A stretch of DNA of 64,000 nt from an uncultured Desulfuromonadales bacterium (GTDB lineage Bacteria > Desulfobacterota > Desulfuromonadia > Geobacterales > CAIOGM01), in the NCBI GenBank assembly GCA_903929485.1, contig CAIYUY010000287.1:38-64037 (forward strand), in the 5' to 3' direction. Numbering within the stretch: the first letter of the stretch is position 1; every line of letters begins with the position of its first letter. Under the pieces are notes generated by a model that worked only from the letters and a program-made list of their open reading frames with translations, was not told where the DNA came from and did no database searches. Both the position numbers and the translations under genes were made by a program. This document shows positions 42,755 through 53,195 of this stretch, piece by piece.

Positions 42755-44440
42755 TTATCGCACCATGCCGTCGCCGGTAGAGCCCATTACCAGGTCAGTG
42801 GTAAATCCCACGCGCACGGCGCCCCAGTGCCTTCCGTTAAGGAAAATCGGCATTGACAGGTCGTTGAGAACCTCTCCGGTGTCGCGAATGTACGTTTGCA
42901 ACAGGCTGGGTTCGGTGTTTTTGGCTACTTTTATCCCCACGGGGTCATTAAAAATTCGTTTGTGTCGGCAGGAAATGATGTCCGTGGCCGGATTTCCGGT
43001 GGGGGGCTTGGAAAATTGAGTACAGTGAGTCGGCGCATAACCATTGCCGTCAACACATAGTCCGTAGACAAACTGCTTTTCGGAATGAGAGAACTCGTCA
43101 TAGACTCTTTGCAGCTCTTTTTCGCAGATACCGTCGTAACCGGTGGTATATCGCTTGGGGTCGGAACCGGGGATCTCGTGGTAGTTCCGGTCAAAAATAT
43201 TGATGTTTTGCGCGAGGCGCTCGCTGAGGAGCCGTGAAACGTCATCGCGAAATTTTGTGATTTTAGCCAGGATATGGTCAAATCGGGTGCCGCCGGTGCT
43301 CAGTCGAGCGAGGACTCCCTGGGTATATTCCGTGGATTCCCGCAATTCGATGGCGTAATGTTCCGACTCCTCCACCTGTTGCGTCAGCTTCTGGTTCGTA
43401 TCGCGGATTTCAGTGACCATGCTGTGTATGCTATGGTTACTGCCATGCAGTGTCCGGATGGATTCCGTTATTTCGGAGAGTTGTGACGCCATCTTGGTGA
43501 AGTCCGCTACCATCCGTTCAAAATCGGTGGCCGAAGCGAGAACCATGGTTTTTGAGTTCTCAACATCAGTCCCTATGGTTTTGGTCTCCACCAGGGTGAT
43601 TTTTACCAGGGAGATTATCTCCTCGGTATTCTCGCTGATGATGGTTGTCGCCTCTTTTACCCGTCCGGAGAGACTTTTTACTTCATCAGCCACAACGGCA
43701 AACCCCTTGCCGACGATTCCCGCCTTGGAAGCTTCAATGGTGGCGTTGAGAGCCAGCAGATTGGTCTGATCGGATATTTCATTGATCAACGACACGATCC
43801 TGTTGATTTTCAAGGAGCTGGCGTGCAGTTTTTCCACGATATGTTGAAACTTCGCGAGTTTTCCGCTGATGGCGTTGACCACCAGGGTGATATCTCTCAT
43901 CTTGTTCAGGGATTTTTGTGCTATATGAAGGTTATTAGCCGTTGTGTGGGATGCGGACTCTGCATTTACTGAAATCTGATCCGCGGAGTTGGTCGCTTCC
44001 TGGGAAATTTTAAAAATACCTTCGGACAACTCTCCCTGCTTGCGTGAACTGGTATTGGAAACATGAACCAGAAGGTTCATCTTCGCGGCGCAGATGGCGA
44101 TTTGGACACTCTTTTCTCTCACAATGATGATGATATTTCTGAACATGGCGAGAAAATTAGTCAAAACCTCCGGTAGATTGCCGATTGTCGCATCGGAACT
44201 CGTCAGTTGCCGGTTCAGGAAATCCTTGCCGGCGGCGATGGCGTTGATTCGGGAGCAGATAAGTTCAATATCTTTATTTTGAGAGGTTGCCGGTTTCAAA
44301 CGGTAGATAATGCCGAAGGTAACTGAACCAAGGAAAAGGGCGGACAGAGTTGTGACAAGAGAGATACCGCCGGCAACCAGCAGCGCCACGGATTGCAGTA
44401 ATGAAATTAGTGCAGCTGATATAAGGTGGTGACGCGGCAT
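42755..44440 (-). CDS. Methyl-accepting chemotaxis-type transducer with a C-terminal Cache-like domain
   Basis: Two N-terminal TM helices with almost no periplasmic loop. The MCP hairpin tip is [30 protein letters not shown]. The C-terminal ~190 aa end in [16 protein letters not shown]. Confidence 0.85.
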   Translation of the reverse strand: MPRHHLISAALISLLQSVALLVAGGISLVTTLSALFLGSVTFGIIYRLKPATSQNKDIELICSRINAIAAGKDFLNRQLTSSDATIGNLPEVLTNFLAMFRNIIIIVREKSVQIAICAAKMNLLVHVSNTSSRKQGELSEGIFKISQEATNSADQISVNAESASHTTANNLHIAQKSLNKMRDITLVVNAISGKLAKFQHIVEKLHASSLKINRIVSLINEISDQTNLLALNATIEASKAGIVGKGFAVVADEVKSLSGRVKEATTIISENTEEIISLVKITLVETKTIGTDVENSKTMVLASATDFERMVADFTKMASQLSEITESIRTLHGSNHSIHSMVTEIRDTNQKLTQQVEESEHYAIELRESTEYTQGVLARLSTGGTRFDHILAKITKFRDDVSRLLSERLAQNINIFDRNYHEIPGSDPKRYTTGYDGICEKELQRVYDEFSHSEKQFVYGLCVDGNGYAPTHCTQFSKPPTGNPATDIISCRHKRIFNDPVGIKVAKNTEPSLLQTYIRDTGEVLNDLSMPIFLNGRHWGAVRVGFTTDLVMGSTGDGMVR

Positions 44441-44552
44441 GGCAGCTTCCTTCTTTAATGAAATAGATCGTTGGACAGTATAGGGGATTTTTCCTGAACA
44501 GACAAGAAATGGAATGGGAGGGGGTAATCTCTTTTATTGTTCTTCTCGATTT

Positions 44553-45449
44553 TCAGAAAGAGGTGAAGCTGACCCTGTTTCGCCCCAGGTTCTTGGCCTT
44601 GAAGAGCTGAGCGTCGGCCTCTGCCACGAGTTCCGCGGGCGCTCTTTCCTTCGTCGGATGGCAGAGCGCGGCGCCGATACTTATGGTTACCCAGGGGGAA
44701 ACCCGTGACGCGCCGTGGGGCAGATGAAGCGTCTCGACCCCGCTTCGGAGTCTCTCCACCGCCAGATACACCTCCTTGGCGTCCATTACGTTGACCAGGC
44801 AGATGAACTCTTCTCCGCCGTAACGGGCGATGAAATCAGCTTCCCGTTCCAGGTTACGGGCCAAGACGTTCGCCACCCGGCGGAGGCAATCGTCGCCGGC
44901 GGGATGACCGTGAGCGTCGTTATACTCCTTGAAATGATCGATGTCGATCATCGCCGCGGCAAGCGGCTCACCGAAACGGATGGCTCGTCGCCACTCCCCC
45001 TCCAGCCGCTCGTCGAAGGCCCGACGGTTGGGTATTTCGGTCAAGCCGTCCAGACGGGAGAGCCTGGTCAGGAGGTCACACCGGCGTTTCAGTTCCAGAT
45101 GGGACTTGACGCGAAGCCTGACAACGGCTTCGTTAAACGGCTTGGTGATGAAGTCCACCGCCCCAAGAGCCAAGCCGCGACTTTCATCCTCGGTATCGTG
45201 CAGGGCGGTGAGGAAAACCACCGGAATGGCGCGGAGGCACGGATCAGCTTTCAGCGCCGCGCAGACTTCGTAACCGTCCATCTCCGGCATCATGATGTCC
45301 AGAAGAATCAGATCCGGGGCGCAGCTCCGGGCCAGCTTCAGGGCTTGACGGCCGTTTATCGCGGCGGAGAGCTGGTAGCCGTTACCCGTCAGCATCCTGC
45401 TGATCAGCCGGATGTTGTCCGGGACATCGTCCGCGATGAGAATCCGCAT
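44553..45449 (-). CDS. Response regulator-diguanylate cyclase (REC-GGDEF)
   Basis: ILIADD, LILLDIMMPEMDG and RYGGEEFICL are present. Confidence 0.93.
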   Translation of the reverse strand: MRILIADDVPDNIRLISRMLTGNGYQLSAAINGRQALKLARSCAPDLILLDIMMPEMDGYEVCAALKADPCLRAIPVVFLTALHDTEDESRGLALGAVDFITKPFNEAVVRLRVKSHLELKRRCDLLTRLSRLDGLTEIPNRRAFDERLEGEWRRAIRFGEPLAAAMIDIDHFKEYNDAHGHPAGDDCLRRVANVLARNLEREADFIARYGGEEFICLVNVMDAKEVYLAVERLRSGVETLHLPHGASRVSPWVTISIGAALCHPTKERAPAELVAEADAQLFKAKNLGRNRVSFTSF

Positions 45450-45600
45450 GACCCCCTCCGTTTTTCTGATTCAAATGTTTTGGGGCGCCCTTTATTTCTT
45501 GAAGCCGTACCCCTTTCCTTCATACCAAAACGTCCCCCTATAATAATAACTTAATTTATAGCGATTGGCGTCAATAATTGATAGTGTGAACTAATTTTTA

Positions 45601-45638
45601 CGCGATCACGTCTCTTCCGGAGCAGATACGTGATCGCG
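45601..45638 (-). terminator. Hairpin CGCGATCACGT-N16-ACGTGATCGCG
   Basis: Perfect 11-bp stem about 105 nt downstream of the 45743-46246 gene. Confidence 0.45.
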
Positions 45639-45742
45639 ACGGCGTGCTTCACCATGCTCCGGCAACGTGGGCTTATGCGATGATTTGATGAGTTTTAGTG
45701 ATTGCTGGGGCGGGAGGGGGGGCGGTTCCCGCACATGCTCTT

Positions 45743-46246
45743 TTACCAGCTCTTCCTTGATCCGAGAAGGAGTGTCAGGAGGTAGAGGACGATGGCGGAG
45801 TTCACGACAAGAATGGTAGTCCTGGGCCAGGTAGCGCAACGGATGACTTCGTACAGTTCCAGGGGAATGTACATCCCACCTGTCAGAAGACCGAACCATT
45901 CCGCCCAGGGGCGCTGCATCCAGAGGCCGAACGCCTCCATGACCCGGACTCCGGCGTACAGCAGGGCGGCGGCTGCAAGTGACCAAAGTTGGAAGTCGGT
46001 CACGCGGGTGGCCGCATCCAGAAAAATGACCGGATAGTGGCTGGCCGGATTGAGATGCAGGTGCCGAATCAGTTGCGCTGCCGCCAGGTGAACATCCCCA
46101 TGGATCAAGGAGAGAAGACCGAAGCCGGTGAGTAGCACCAGAATCCCCTTTGCACCTTCAAAGAGGGCGACGACACGCAGTCCACCGCGTACAGGGGTGA
46201 CTGTTCGTGTGACCGTGTGTCGCTGTTTGCCCTGGTGTCGTCTCAT
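45743..46246 (-). CDS. DUF2127-like integral membrane protein
   Basis: 167 aa with four predicted TM helices. The pattern LRVVALFEGAKGILVLLTGFGLL is typical of that family as I recall it. Confidence 0.7.
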   Translation of the reverse strand: MRRHQGKQRHTVTRTVTPVRGGLRVVALFEGAKGILVLLTGFGLLSLIHGDVHLAAAQLIRHLHLNPASHYPVIFLDAATRVTDFQLWSLAAAALLYAGVRVMEAFGLWMQRPWAEWFGLLTGGMYIPLELYEVIRCATWPRTTILVVNSAIVLYLLTLLLGSRKSW

Positions 46247-47280
46247 TGCCCCACGACCAGTACCTCGAAACTGTCCCTGATCATCACCGGTCTGAGCTTT
46301 TCGCCGTTTTTCGCTGATTCCGGCGCCGACTCGAAGAGGGCCGTGGGGAGATACAGCAGGTGAGTCATCGGATCAATGGCCATGGTGCGTGCGCCCGGAC
46401 GTGTCACCACCGTTTCGGAGGAGAACACCCCGGTTGACAACTCCCTGACGACGGTGAGGGTGCCGTCCCCATTGGCGCTGAACGCCAGCTTCCTGGCATG
46501 GTCGTAGCCGACACCATCGACACCGCCTCCGATGGGTATGGTCGCCACAACCCTGCCTGATTCGCTCTCCAGAATCGTCATGAGCCGGTTACGGCAACCG
46601 GAGAAGATACGATGGCGCTTCAGATCCAGGGCAATGCCGGTGGGTTCCTCGCAGGGGGCGAGGGGGAAACGTTTTATGACGTTGAGAGTGCGGCAGTCGA
46701 TGGTGGCGACCTCCGCGGTATCCATGATGTTGACGAAAACCCTTCCCGCTCCGTCGGCCACGGCAAATTCCGGTTTTCCCCCCAGAGGGATCGTCTTGAG
46801 AACAACCCCGCTGATGGCGTCAATGACGGTGGCGTCATGACTTCGTCCATTGCAGACGACTACCCGTTTAGTGGCCGGATCGTAGACGATGGCGTCCGGG
46901 TTATCGCCGCTTTTGATCTGTCCCGTGATCTTCAAGGTTCTCAGATCGAAGATGCTGATCGAATTGCTCTTCCCGTTACTGGTGAAACCCTTGTGCAGTT
47001 CGGGGGCCAGGGCGATACCGTGGATTCCCGAGGTGTCGGGAATGTCTCCCATGACCTTGTCCGTGGTCAGGTCAACCACTTGCAGATGGTGGCCACGGGA
47101 GAGGTAGAGTCGTCGGGCGGAGCCGTCTATGGTCGGGTAATCCCACCCCCCTTCACCTCCCGGATGGAGCCTTTTCAGCAGATGATAACCTGGCTCGGCT
47201 GCGCCGGCAGTGGCGCAGAACATGAGGAGAAGTAGCGTGACCGCCGTTGTCATGGTGTAATCTGTTTTTTCGCGTCGCAT
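46243..47280 (-). CDS. Secreted YVTN/YncE-like beta-propeller repeat protein
   Basis: Signal peptide followed by repeated ~40-aa units (e.g. RLYLSRGHHLQVVDL, RVVVCNGRSHDATVIDA, RVFVNIMDTAEVATID). Confidence 0.8.
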   Translation of the reverse strand: MRREKTDYTMTTAVTLLLLMFCATAGAAEPGYHLLKRLHPGGEGGWDYPTIDGSARRLYLSRGHHLQVVDLTTDKVMGDIPDTSGIHGIALAPELHKGFTSNGKSNSISIFDLRTLKITGQIKSGDNPDAIVYDPATKRVVVCNGRSHDATVIDAISGVVLKTIPLGGKPEFAVADGAGRVFVNIMDTAEVATIDCRTLNVIKRFPLAPCEEPTGIALDLKRHRIFSGCRNRLMTILESESGRVVATIPIGGGVDGVGYDHARKLAFSANGDGTLTVVRELSTGVFSSETVVTRPGARTMAIDPMTHLLYLPTALFESAPESAKNGEKLRPVMIRDSFEVLVVGQ

Positions 47281-47318
47281 TGGACACTCTCACTGATTGG
47301 TTGATTGGCTTTTACGTT

Positions 47319-47888
47319 TTAGGGGGAAACGATAAACTCGTCTCGCCGGTTCTTGGCCCAGGCGGCATCATCATGGCCGGGATCGGCCGGTTTTTCCTTG
47401 CCATAGCTGATGGGGGACAACCGGCTCGTGGGAACCCCCATGGTGATCAGGTAGTTGACCGCGGCCTGAGCCCTCCGTTGTCCCAGGGCAAGGTTGTAGG
47501 CGTCCGAGCCGCGCTCATCGCAGTGCCCTTCCACAAGGATCTTGCCCTGGGGGTGCTGCTTCAAGAGTTCGAAATTTTTGCTCAGCGCTTGACGAGCCTT
47601 GGGACTTAGTGTGGAAGAATCGAAATCGAAGTATACCTTCTCCAGCATTGACTGTAGGGCGACTCTCTGTTCATTCCCCTGTTCCGACTGCTTTTGCCCG
47701 TCGTTGCTCAGCGGCGGCGAGGTCGTGCCGGTTGAGACGATGGCCGGATCCGCTTTCTTTACGGTTGCGGCAGCCATGGCCGGGGCGACCGGTTCTTCCT
47801 GCTTGACCAGATCCTTTTTGGCGCAGCCCGCGGAGACGAGCAGTCCCGCACAGATAATCGGCAGTAATCGGCTGATGGATCTCTTCAT
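47319..47888 (-). CDS. pal: Peptidoglycan-associated lipoprotein / OmpA-family protein
   Basis: Lipobox LLVSAGC and the OmpA-like domain VEGHCDERGSDAYNLALGQRRAQA. The ATG at 47888 is preferred over the track start at 48104. Confidence 0.9.
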   Translation of the reverse strand: MKRSISRLLPIICAGLLVSAGCAKKDLVKQEEPVAPAMAAATVKKADPAIVSTGTTSPPLSNDGQKQSEQGNEQRVALQSMLEKVYFDFDSSTLSPKARQALSKNFELLKQHPQGKILVEGHCDERGSDAYNLALGQRRAQAAVNYLITMGVPTSRLSPISYGKEKPADPGHDDAAWAKNRRDEFIVSP

Positions 47889-48137
47889 GATGTTTTCTCC
47901 TCTGACGGTGGACGCGGTTGATCCCGGATCATCCTTTTTGCTCACTCTGCTCAAAAAGGTGATCCGGATTGGGTGGATTTCCAGGTAAGCCATGGGAAAT
48001 GCAGCGGATGCGGCAAGGAAGAAGACGATGATCGGTAGCTGTTTTTGCTGGAGTAGGTATGGGTCATCTGCTCGGGTGCGACAGGGGTTTATGATCATAA
48101 GCATGCTATCCTATGTTCCATGGAAAAGCAACAGTTC

Positions 48138-48480
48138 TTAGGTGCTTCGTGATAATTCGATCAGAAAGAGAGCCATCCCGGTCGCATCCTTGGTCAGATA
48201 GAATTGAACCATTTTTTCGTTGAACGCCTGGACCTTTGCCGCCGGGATGCTGATGGCGTCAATTCCGTTGGACATCAAAACGCCGTTCATCATGGTCCTG
48301 GAGGTTCTTTTGTTGCCGTCAAAAAAATACTGCTGCAATGCGCCATGGAGGAAGAACGTAAGAGCCTTTTCAAAAGGATTTGGTGTGTAGTCGTGGAGCG
48401 CGTCGATCGCTGGATTGAATCTTCTGTTGAGTTCAGGGGCGCCCTTGATCGTGGGGTTCAGGCTGCATGAAAACGTCGTT
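48138..48480 (-). pseudogene. Fic/Doc-family fragment with no start codon and the motif His replaced
   Basis: The open frame ...FFLHGALQQYFFDGNKRTSRTMM contains the Fic motif HxFxDGNKRxxR with Q in the His position. The frame opens directly after a TGA next to the cydB stop, and it has only an internal TTG. Confidence 0.55.
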
Positions 48481-48488
48481 TTTCTTTC

Positions 48489-49517
48489 TCAGTACGCCTG
48501 TTTGTCCCCCAGGACATCTTCTTCCCTGACAGGGGCCCGGAAGATCCGATAGATCCAGATCTTGTAGCCGATGATGATGGGAATGAAGATCGCGACGACT
48601 ACCAGCATGAGTTTTAGCGTGTAAGGGCTGGATGACGAGTTGTACAGGGTCAGGCTGGAGGCCGGATCCATGCTGGATGGGATAAGGTTGGGAAAGAGCC
48701 CGACAATGGCCGTCGCCACCACGGTGAGGATGGTCACACTGGATGCCGTAAAGGCCGCCAGAGGGTTCCCCTTGGCGGAGAAAATTCTGATGGCGAGAAG
48801 GGAAGCCACGGCCGACAGCGGCACGATCATGAGCAGGGGGTGCGCCAAGTAGTTATCGTACAGTCTGGTGGCGAAATTCGTGTAGACGAGAAAGGCCACC
48901 GCCACGGTGAGAAGTCCCGGCCACAGGTTGTTGGCGGTTGTCCGGGCCCGTTTGCTTAAGTCGCCGGTGGTTTTCACCGTCAGATAGAGGGCGCCGTGAA
49001 CAGTGAAGAGGGCGACGAAGAGGCATCCGGTGAGGAGTCCGTAGGGATTGAGCAGGGAGAGGAGTGATCCGTGATATCCGGCTCCGTCCATGGGGAGACC
49101 TTCAAAGATGTTGCCGAAGGCGACGCCGAAGAGGAGCGCCGGGAGGAAGTTTCCCGCCATGATGGCGCTGTCCCACCCCTTTCTCCAGAGGGGGTGCTCC
49201 TCCTTGCTCCGGAATTCGTAGGAGACCCCCCGGACGATGAGGGCGCAGAGGAGGAGGAAAAGCGCGCTGTAAAGGTAGCTGAACATCAGGGCGTAGGTGG
49301 TGGGAAAGGCCGCGAAGGTAACTCCGCCGGCGGTGACCAGCCAGACCTCGTTCCCCTCCCAGACCGGTCCGATGGTGTTGATCATGACCCGTTTGTCACC
49401 GTCGCTTTTGCCAATGAGATTATGCAGGATGCCGGCCCCCATGACGAAACCGTCCAGCATGAAATAAACCGCCCAGAGAACTCCCCAGAGAATGAACCAG
49501 ATTATCTGCAACTCCAT
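48489..49517 (-). CDS. cydB: Cytochrome bd ubiquinol oxidase subunit II
   Basis: 342 aa polytopic protein immediately after cydA. The N-terminus is typical: LQIIWFILWGVLWAVYFMLDGF. Confidence 0.93.
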   Translation of the reverse strand: MELQIIWFILWGVLWAVYFMLDGFVMGAGILHNLIGKSDGDKRVMINTIGPVWEGNEVWLVTAGGVTFAAFPTTYALMFSYLYSALFLLLCALIVRGVSYEFRSKEEHPLWRKGWDSAIMAGNFLPALLFGVAFGNIFEGLPMDGAGYHGSLLSLLNPYGLLTGCLFVALFTVHGALYLTVKTTGDLSKRARTTANNLWPGLLTVAVAFLVYTNFATRLYDNYLAHPLLMIVPLSAVASLLAIRIFSAKGNPLAAFTASSVTILTVVATAIVGLFPNLIPSSMDPASSLTLYNSSSSPYTLKLMLVVVAIFIPIIIGYKIWIYRIFRAPVREEDVLGDKQAY

Positions 49518-49519
49518 CT

Positions 49520-50869
49520 TTAAGCCTCCTGTCCGCGTGGTTTGATCAACGTTGAGAGATCGTTATCCGGTCCCTTCCGGGCGAATTTCGCCAGGAGATA
49601 GATATCGATCACCCCCAGGAAGCCGTAGAGGAGGGTGAACCCCACCAGGGAGCCGATGACCTGGGAAAGGGAGACGGACTTGGAGACCCCAGCGGAGGTC
49701 TTGAGCACTCCGTAGACGATCCATGGTTGCCGCCCCACTTCGGCGACTACCCAGCCAAGAAAATTGGCCAGATAGGGAAGGGGGAGCGAGTAGAGGAGGA
49801 GTTTCAGCAGGAGTTTTTGATTCTCGATCTTTCCCCAGCGGGAGAGAATCGTCGCCGCCAGGGCAGCCAGGATGAAGTAACTTCCCAGGCCGGCCATGAG
49901 CCGGAAACTGATGAAGGTGGGGAGAACCGGGGGGCGCAGTTCCGGCGGGAACTCCTTCAACCCCTTGATCAGCGCATTGGGGTCATGGAAGGCCAGAAGG
50001 CTCACCGCGTTGGGAACACAGACCCCTTCCACGCTGTTGCATTCGTTGGGGGGGTCGGGGAGGAGGAGCAGGTTCATCCCCACTCCATGCCTGCTTTCCC
50101 ATACCGACTCCATGGCGGCGAACTTGGTGGGCTGCACCTTGGCCACCTCCACGGCGGACATGTCCCCGAAGATCCCCACGGCAACCGTGGAGAAGAGGCC
50201 GAAGGTGGCCGCTATCCGGAAGGAGCGGATGAAAAAATCGGTCTCGTTCTTCCGGAGCAGATGCCAGGCCGAGACCCCCATGACGAAGAACGCCGCCACG
50301 GTATAGCCGGAGGTCAACTGGTGGGCGAACTTCAAGAGGCCGTCGGGATTGGTGATCATCGCCATGAAATCAACCATCTCGGCCCGGCCGTTCCGGAGAA
50401 CATACCCCACCGGGTGCTGCATCCAGCCGTTGGCCAGAAGAATCCAGAGGGCGGAGAGGTTGGTGGCCAGGGCGACGAGCCAGATGGATGCGGCATGGAC
50501 CTTTTGGGAGACCTTGTTCCAGCCGAAGATCCAGAGACCGATGAAGACCGATTCCAGAAAAAAGGCTACCGTCGCCTCGATGGCCAAAGGCGCGCCGAAG
50601 ATGTCCCCCACGTAGCGGGAGTATTCGGCCCAGTTCATGCCGAACTGGAATTCCATGGTGATGCCGGTGACGACGCCAAGGGCGAAGTTGATGAGGAACA
50701 GCTTTCCCCAGAATTTGGTCATCTTGAGGTAGGTTGTGTCACCGGTCATGACGTAGCGCGTTTCCATGAACGCGGTGAGAATGGAGAGGCCAAGAGTCAG
50801 CGGCACGAAGATGAAGTGAAACATGCTCGTGATCGCAAACTGCAGCCTGCTCAAGGTCAGGACATCCAT
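49520..50869 (-). CDS. cydA: Cytochrome bd ubiquinol oxidase subunit I
   Basis: LSRLQFAITSMFHFIFVPLT and the Q-loop/GRQPW motif AEVGRQPWIVYG are present. Confidence 0.95.
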   Translation of the reverse strand: MDVLTLSRLQFAITSMFHFIFVPLTLGLSILTAFMETRYVMTGDTTYLKMTKFWGKLFLINFALGVVTGITMEFQFGMNWAEYSRYVGDIFGAPLAIEATVAFFLESVFIGLWIFGWNKVSQKVHAASIWLVALATNLSALWILLANGWMQHPVGYVLRNGRAEMVDFMAMITNPDGLLKFAHQLTSGYTVAAFFVMGVSAWHLLRKNETDFFIRSFRIAATFGLFSTVAVGIFGDMSAVEVAKVQPTKFAAMESVWESRHGVGMNLLLLPDPPNECNSVEGVCVPNAVSLLAFHDPNALIKGLKEFPPELRPPVLPTFISFRLMAGLGSYFILAALAATILSRWGKIENQKLLLKLLLYSLPLPYLANFLGWVVAEVGRQPWIVYGVLKTSAGVSKSVSLSQVIGSLVGFTLLYGFLGVIDIYLLAKFARKGPDNDLSTLIKPRGQEA

Positions 50870-51083
50870 CTCTGTTCCTCCAGGTGAGTGGTGGGGATGA
50901 TCAGCCGTTTAAAACGACCGTTTCAGTCTTTTTACGGTGCATGGTGGGTTTTGTCAACTTATTAAAGCAACCATGCCGGGAGGGGGCTGTTCAGAGACGG
51001 AGGAGGGAAACCAAAAGGAGGGATGAAAAGGTGGCCGCCGGCGACAGTGGGGGGCCAAGGTGATTCCTGAATTTTTGCGATCG

Positions 51084-51500
51084 TCAGGAAACCGGCGACG
51101 GATCAATCAGGTTGTTAGCAGTGGGTATTTTCTTGTCTTCCATCATTACGTGCCGCTGTATCCAGTTGCCGAGGAATGTTATGAGCTCATGGGAGGACTC
51201 TTGCTCTCCCTGTCCCAGCATCTCTTTCAGGTGAAGTATCTTTTCGGTGAAAAGTTTGTGCTGCTGCAGGTGTCCGTGAATGTCACCGTATCCCACGTCG
51301 GACATGAGCTGCTCTTCCGCGATAAAGTGATAATTCGCGTAGGACCACAACCTTTCCACGGTGATGGTGTACGCCCTGTTGTCGGGGTCACCGGGTGACA
51401 TATCGTGCAACTTGTTCAGTATGCCGAATAATTTTTTGTGTTGATTGTCGATGAGCTGATTGTCCAGTGAATACGCTTCGGACCAGTCAATGAGAGACAT
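51084..51500 (-). CDS. Hemerythrin-like metal-binding protein
   Basis: IDNQHKKLF, HFIAEEQLM, HLQQHKLF and WIQRHVMMEDKK give the His/Glu ligand spacing. The start MSLIDW is at 51500. Confidence 0.9.
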   Translation of the reverse strand: MSLIDWSEAYSLDNQLIDNQHKKLFGILNKLHDMSPGDPDNRAYTITVERLWSYANYHFIAEEQLMSDVGYGDIHGHLQQHKLFTEKILHLKEMLGQGEQESSHELITFLGNWIQRHVMMEDKKIPTANNLIDPSPVS

Positions 51501-51523
51501 GCTTTTGCTCCTTAAGGAAAAAA

Positions 51524-52516
51524 TCACTGCTGTGACTGTTCACTCTCCGTTCCGAAGCCGGCGGCGCGACGCTGCCCCTCCGCCACTTGCGCCGGCGTCA
51601 TTTTTCCCTGAAGGGCGTCCCGCGACAACTTGGCGTCGTTGTTTCCCTGCGCCGCCGCCAGGTTCCACCACTGATAGGCTGAAATGTAGTCCTGCGGCAC
51701 CCCTGCCCCTTTCTCGTAGAGGAGCCCCAGGCTGTATTGCGCCTTGTCGTATCCCTGCTCCGCGGCAAGTTGCAACCATTTGGCGGCTTCCCGGAAATCC
51801 TGTGTCACTCCTTTTCCCTCATTATAGAGAGTTCCCAGGTCGTACTGCGCCAGATGATCACCCTGCTCCGCCGCTTGTCGAAACCATCTGGCCGCCTCGG
51901 AATAACTCTGGGAAACACCCATCCCCTGGCTGTACATGACTCCCATGGCCTGTTGAGCGGTGGCGTTATTTTGCCTTCCCGCGGTCTGAAGCCACTGCTG
52001 CGCCTTTTTATAATCTTTTTTCAGACATTCCCCGTTACTGTATAAAATTCCCAGGTTTGCCTGGGCCACATCATTTCCCTTGTTGGCCGCCTGTTCAAAC
52101 CATCGGACCGCTTCCTTGCAATCTTTTTTCAGGCATTCGCCGTCATGGTACATGAAGCCGAGATTGGTCTCTGCTTGACTGTTTCCCTGCTTGGCGGCGC
52201 GCTGGTACCAGGTAACGGCCTCCTTGCACTTTTTCTCGACCCCTCCCTCGCCATACTGATATTTGGCGCCAAGTTCGAATTGAGCGGCGCTGTTCCCGTT
52301 TTTGGCGGCCAGGCGGTACCATGTTACCGCTTCCTGGGGGTCGGCCGGCACCTCTTCTCCCAAATCGTACTGGCGACCCAGCTCGTATTGGGCCTGGGCG
52401 TCTCCGGCGTCGGCGCGGGCGCGAAGGGCGAAAAAATCCAGGGCGTGGGCTTGTTGCGTCAGGGAGAGGCAGAGGAGCAGGATGCACGGGGTGACATGGA
52501 GCGGATTGAAACGCAT
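51524..52516 (-). CDS. Secreted Sel1-repeat (SLR/TPR-like) protein
   Basis: Signal peptide followed by about eight repeats of the form AQxxLGxxYxxGxGVxxDxxEAxxWxxxAAxQG. Confidence 0.9.
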   Translation of the reverse strand: MRFNPLHVTPCILLLCLSLTQQAHALDFFALRARADAGDAQAQYELGRQYDLGEEVPADPQEAVTWYRLAAKNGNSAAQFELGAKYQYGEGGVEKKCKEAVTWYQRAAKQGNSQAETNLGFMYHDGECLKKDCKEAVRWFEQAANKGNDVAQANLGILYSNGECLKKDYKKAQQWLQTAGRQNNATAQQAMGVMYSQGMGVSQSYSEAARWFRQAAEQGDHLAQYDLGTLYNEGKGVTQDFREAAKWLQLAAEQGYDKAQYSLGLLYEKGAGVPQDYISAYQWWNLAAAQGNNDAKLSRDALQGKMTPAQVAEGQRRAAGFGTESEQSQQ

Positions 52517-52567
52517 GGCTGTTTCCTTTGGCCGATAACTTTTAGTTTTTACACCGGAAAACGGATC

Positions 52568-52969
52568 TCATGTTCGGGAAATGAGCTCAATGATCGCCTG
52601 TTTCAGGCTCTCTTCCGTGGTGTCGGCGGTGTTGGCCGATAAGGTGGGTCCGTCGGTAAACGCGGCGTCCAGGGCAAAATACATGACGGAATTTTCAAAA
52701 GCTCTCAGTTTGATGTGCAACCGGTTGGGGAGTTGTTCCAGCCCTCTTCCGCGGCGGGTGATCCCCCAAAAAAATATATCGGGCAAGGTTTCGATTTTAT
52801 ATTTCTTCAGGGATAAAAATTTCCCGTACCACTCCTTGCCCAGTTCCTTGAGTAATCCTACGACCATGGGGTTCAGTCTGAAATATTCAGTACGGCAGAG
52901 AACGGAAAAATCTTTTTGAAGTTTATCCGCTTCCTGCACTTGATTTTTCAAGTCCTTAACCCACGTCAT
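52568..52969 (-). CDS. Hypothetical protein
   Basis: 133-aa frame starting at the ATG 52969, preceded by AGGAGA. No motif recognised. Confidence 0.55.
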   Translation of the reverse strand: MTWVKDLKNQVQEADKLQKDFSVLCRTEYFRLNPMVVGLLKELGKEWYGKFLSLKKYKIETLPDIFFWGITRRGRGLEQLPNRLHIKLRAFENSVMYFALDAAFTDGPTLSANTADTTEESLKQAIIELISRT

Positions 52970-53195
52970 GGTGTCTCCTAACAGATGATGATCTGTCCGC
53001 ATTGATGGTGATCCGGAATTCCAGGAACTAATGTTGTCGCAGTTATCTTGCCGGGGCGCCGAGCAGCGCCAATCTAGCATATCATCCCCAGACTCTCAAC
53101 CGGTTAAATGGGGCGGCTCCATGGGAGCGTCGATCCTTTTGGCTGCCGGAGCGAGATCTTCTATACAGTTTGCGTCGTACATGGTACTTTTGGAG

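Noticed and set aside
45606-45986. 126-aa ORF overlapping the 3' half of the DUF2127-like gene
   Set aside because: It is in an alternative frame of a gene with coherent TM-helix structure, and its translation is Pro/Arg-rich and non-descript.
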